The position numbers were made by a program, and so were the translations under genes. Shown in pieces: positions 34,449 through 34,615 of a stretch of DNA of 34,615 nt (position 1 is the stretch's first letter; every line of letters begins with the position of its first letter). The notes beneath the pieces are model-generated. The model was not told where the DNA came from and did no database searches. It was given only the letters and a program-made list of their open reading frames with translations. Location of the stretch: positions 1 through 34,615 of the forward strand of contig JALMLS010000012.1 in assembly GCA_038496445.1 (NCBI GenBank). The letters run 5' to 3'. This DNA is from Trichosphaerium sp. ATCC 40318 (taxonomy: Eukaryota > Protista > Tubulinea).

Positions 34449-34615
34449 ACTTGTTGTCTTTCAAGGGCGGTTGAGGTTCAAGGTCATCCAAGTTCTGAAG
34501 CAAGTCATTGTATGCGTAGTCGCTTATAAACGTATGACCAGTTTTTGTGGTCAAGGTACTGTCAGTATCCTGGTTCCCAGCTACTGTCTTGTTGAATTTT
34601 TCTAAGTTTTTCTTA

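Noticed and set aside
11584-34615. Whole accessory region as an endogenous giant virus or Polinton
   Set aside because: No capsid, packaging ATPase, polymerase or integrase genes were recognised, and most genes carry host-type introns.

Overview
AT-rich eukaryotic DNA (probably a protist) with many short spliceosomal introns (mostly 40-100 nt, GT/GC donors, CTAAC-like branch points). Bases 1-11.6 kb hold six co-oriented minus-strand genes: DIS3/RRP44, a KCTD-type BTB protein, CSN7, a small type-I membrane protein, an S10 serine carboxypeptidase and an intron-containing secreted protein that looks bacterial in origin. Bases 11.6-34.6 kb form an accessory, repeat-rich island. It contains a 2.4-kb TIR element carrying a USP-like cysteine protease gene, F-box/LRR genes and relics, WxxW (mucin CysD-like) relics, a hAT-type MITE, and a ~13-kb inverted segmental duplication. 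The duplication holds two copies of an ankyrin-repeat + PARP-like (H-Y-E) gene. Each ankyrin repeat is a separate symmetric ~99-nt phase-1 exon, and the two copies differ in module number (15 vs 8) and order. This exon-modular ankyrin-PARP family is the best candidate for an undescribed diversifying sensor-effector system. All gene models were spliced by eye. One frameshift in DIS3 suggests the assembly has indel errors, so pseudogene calls need caution.
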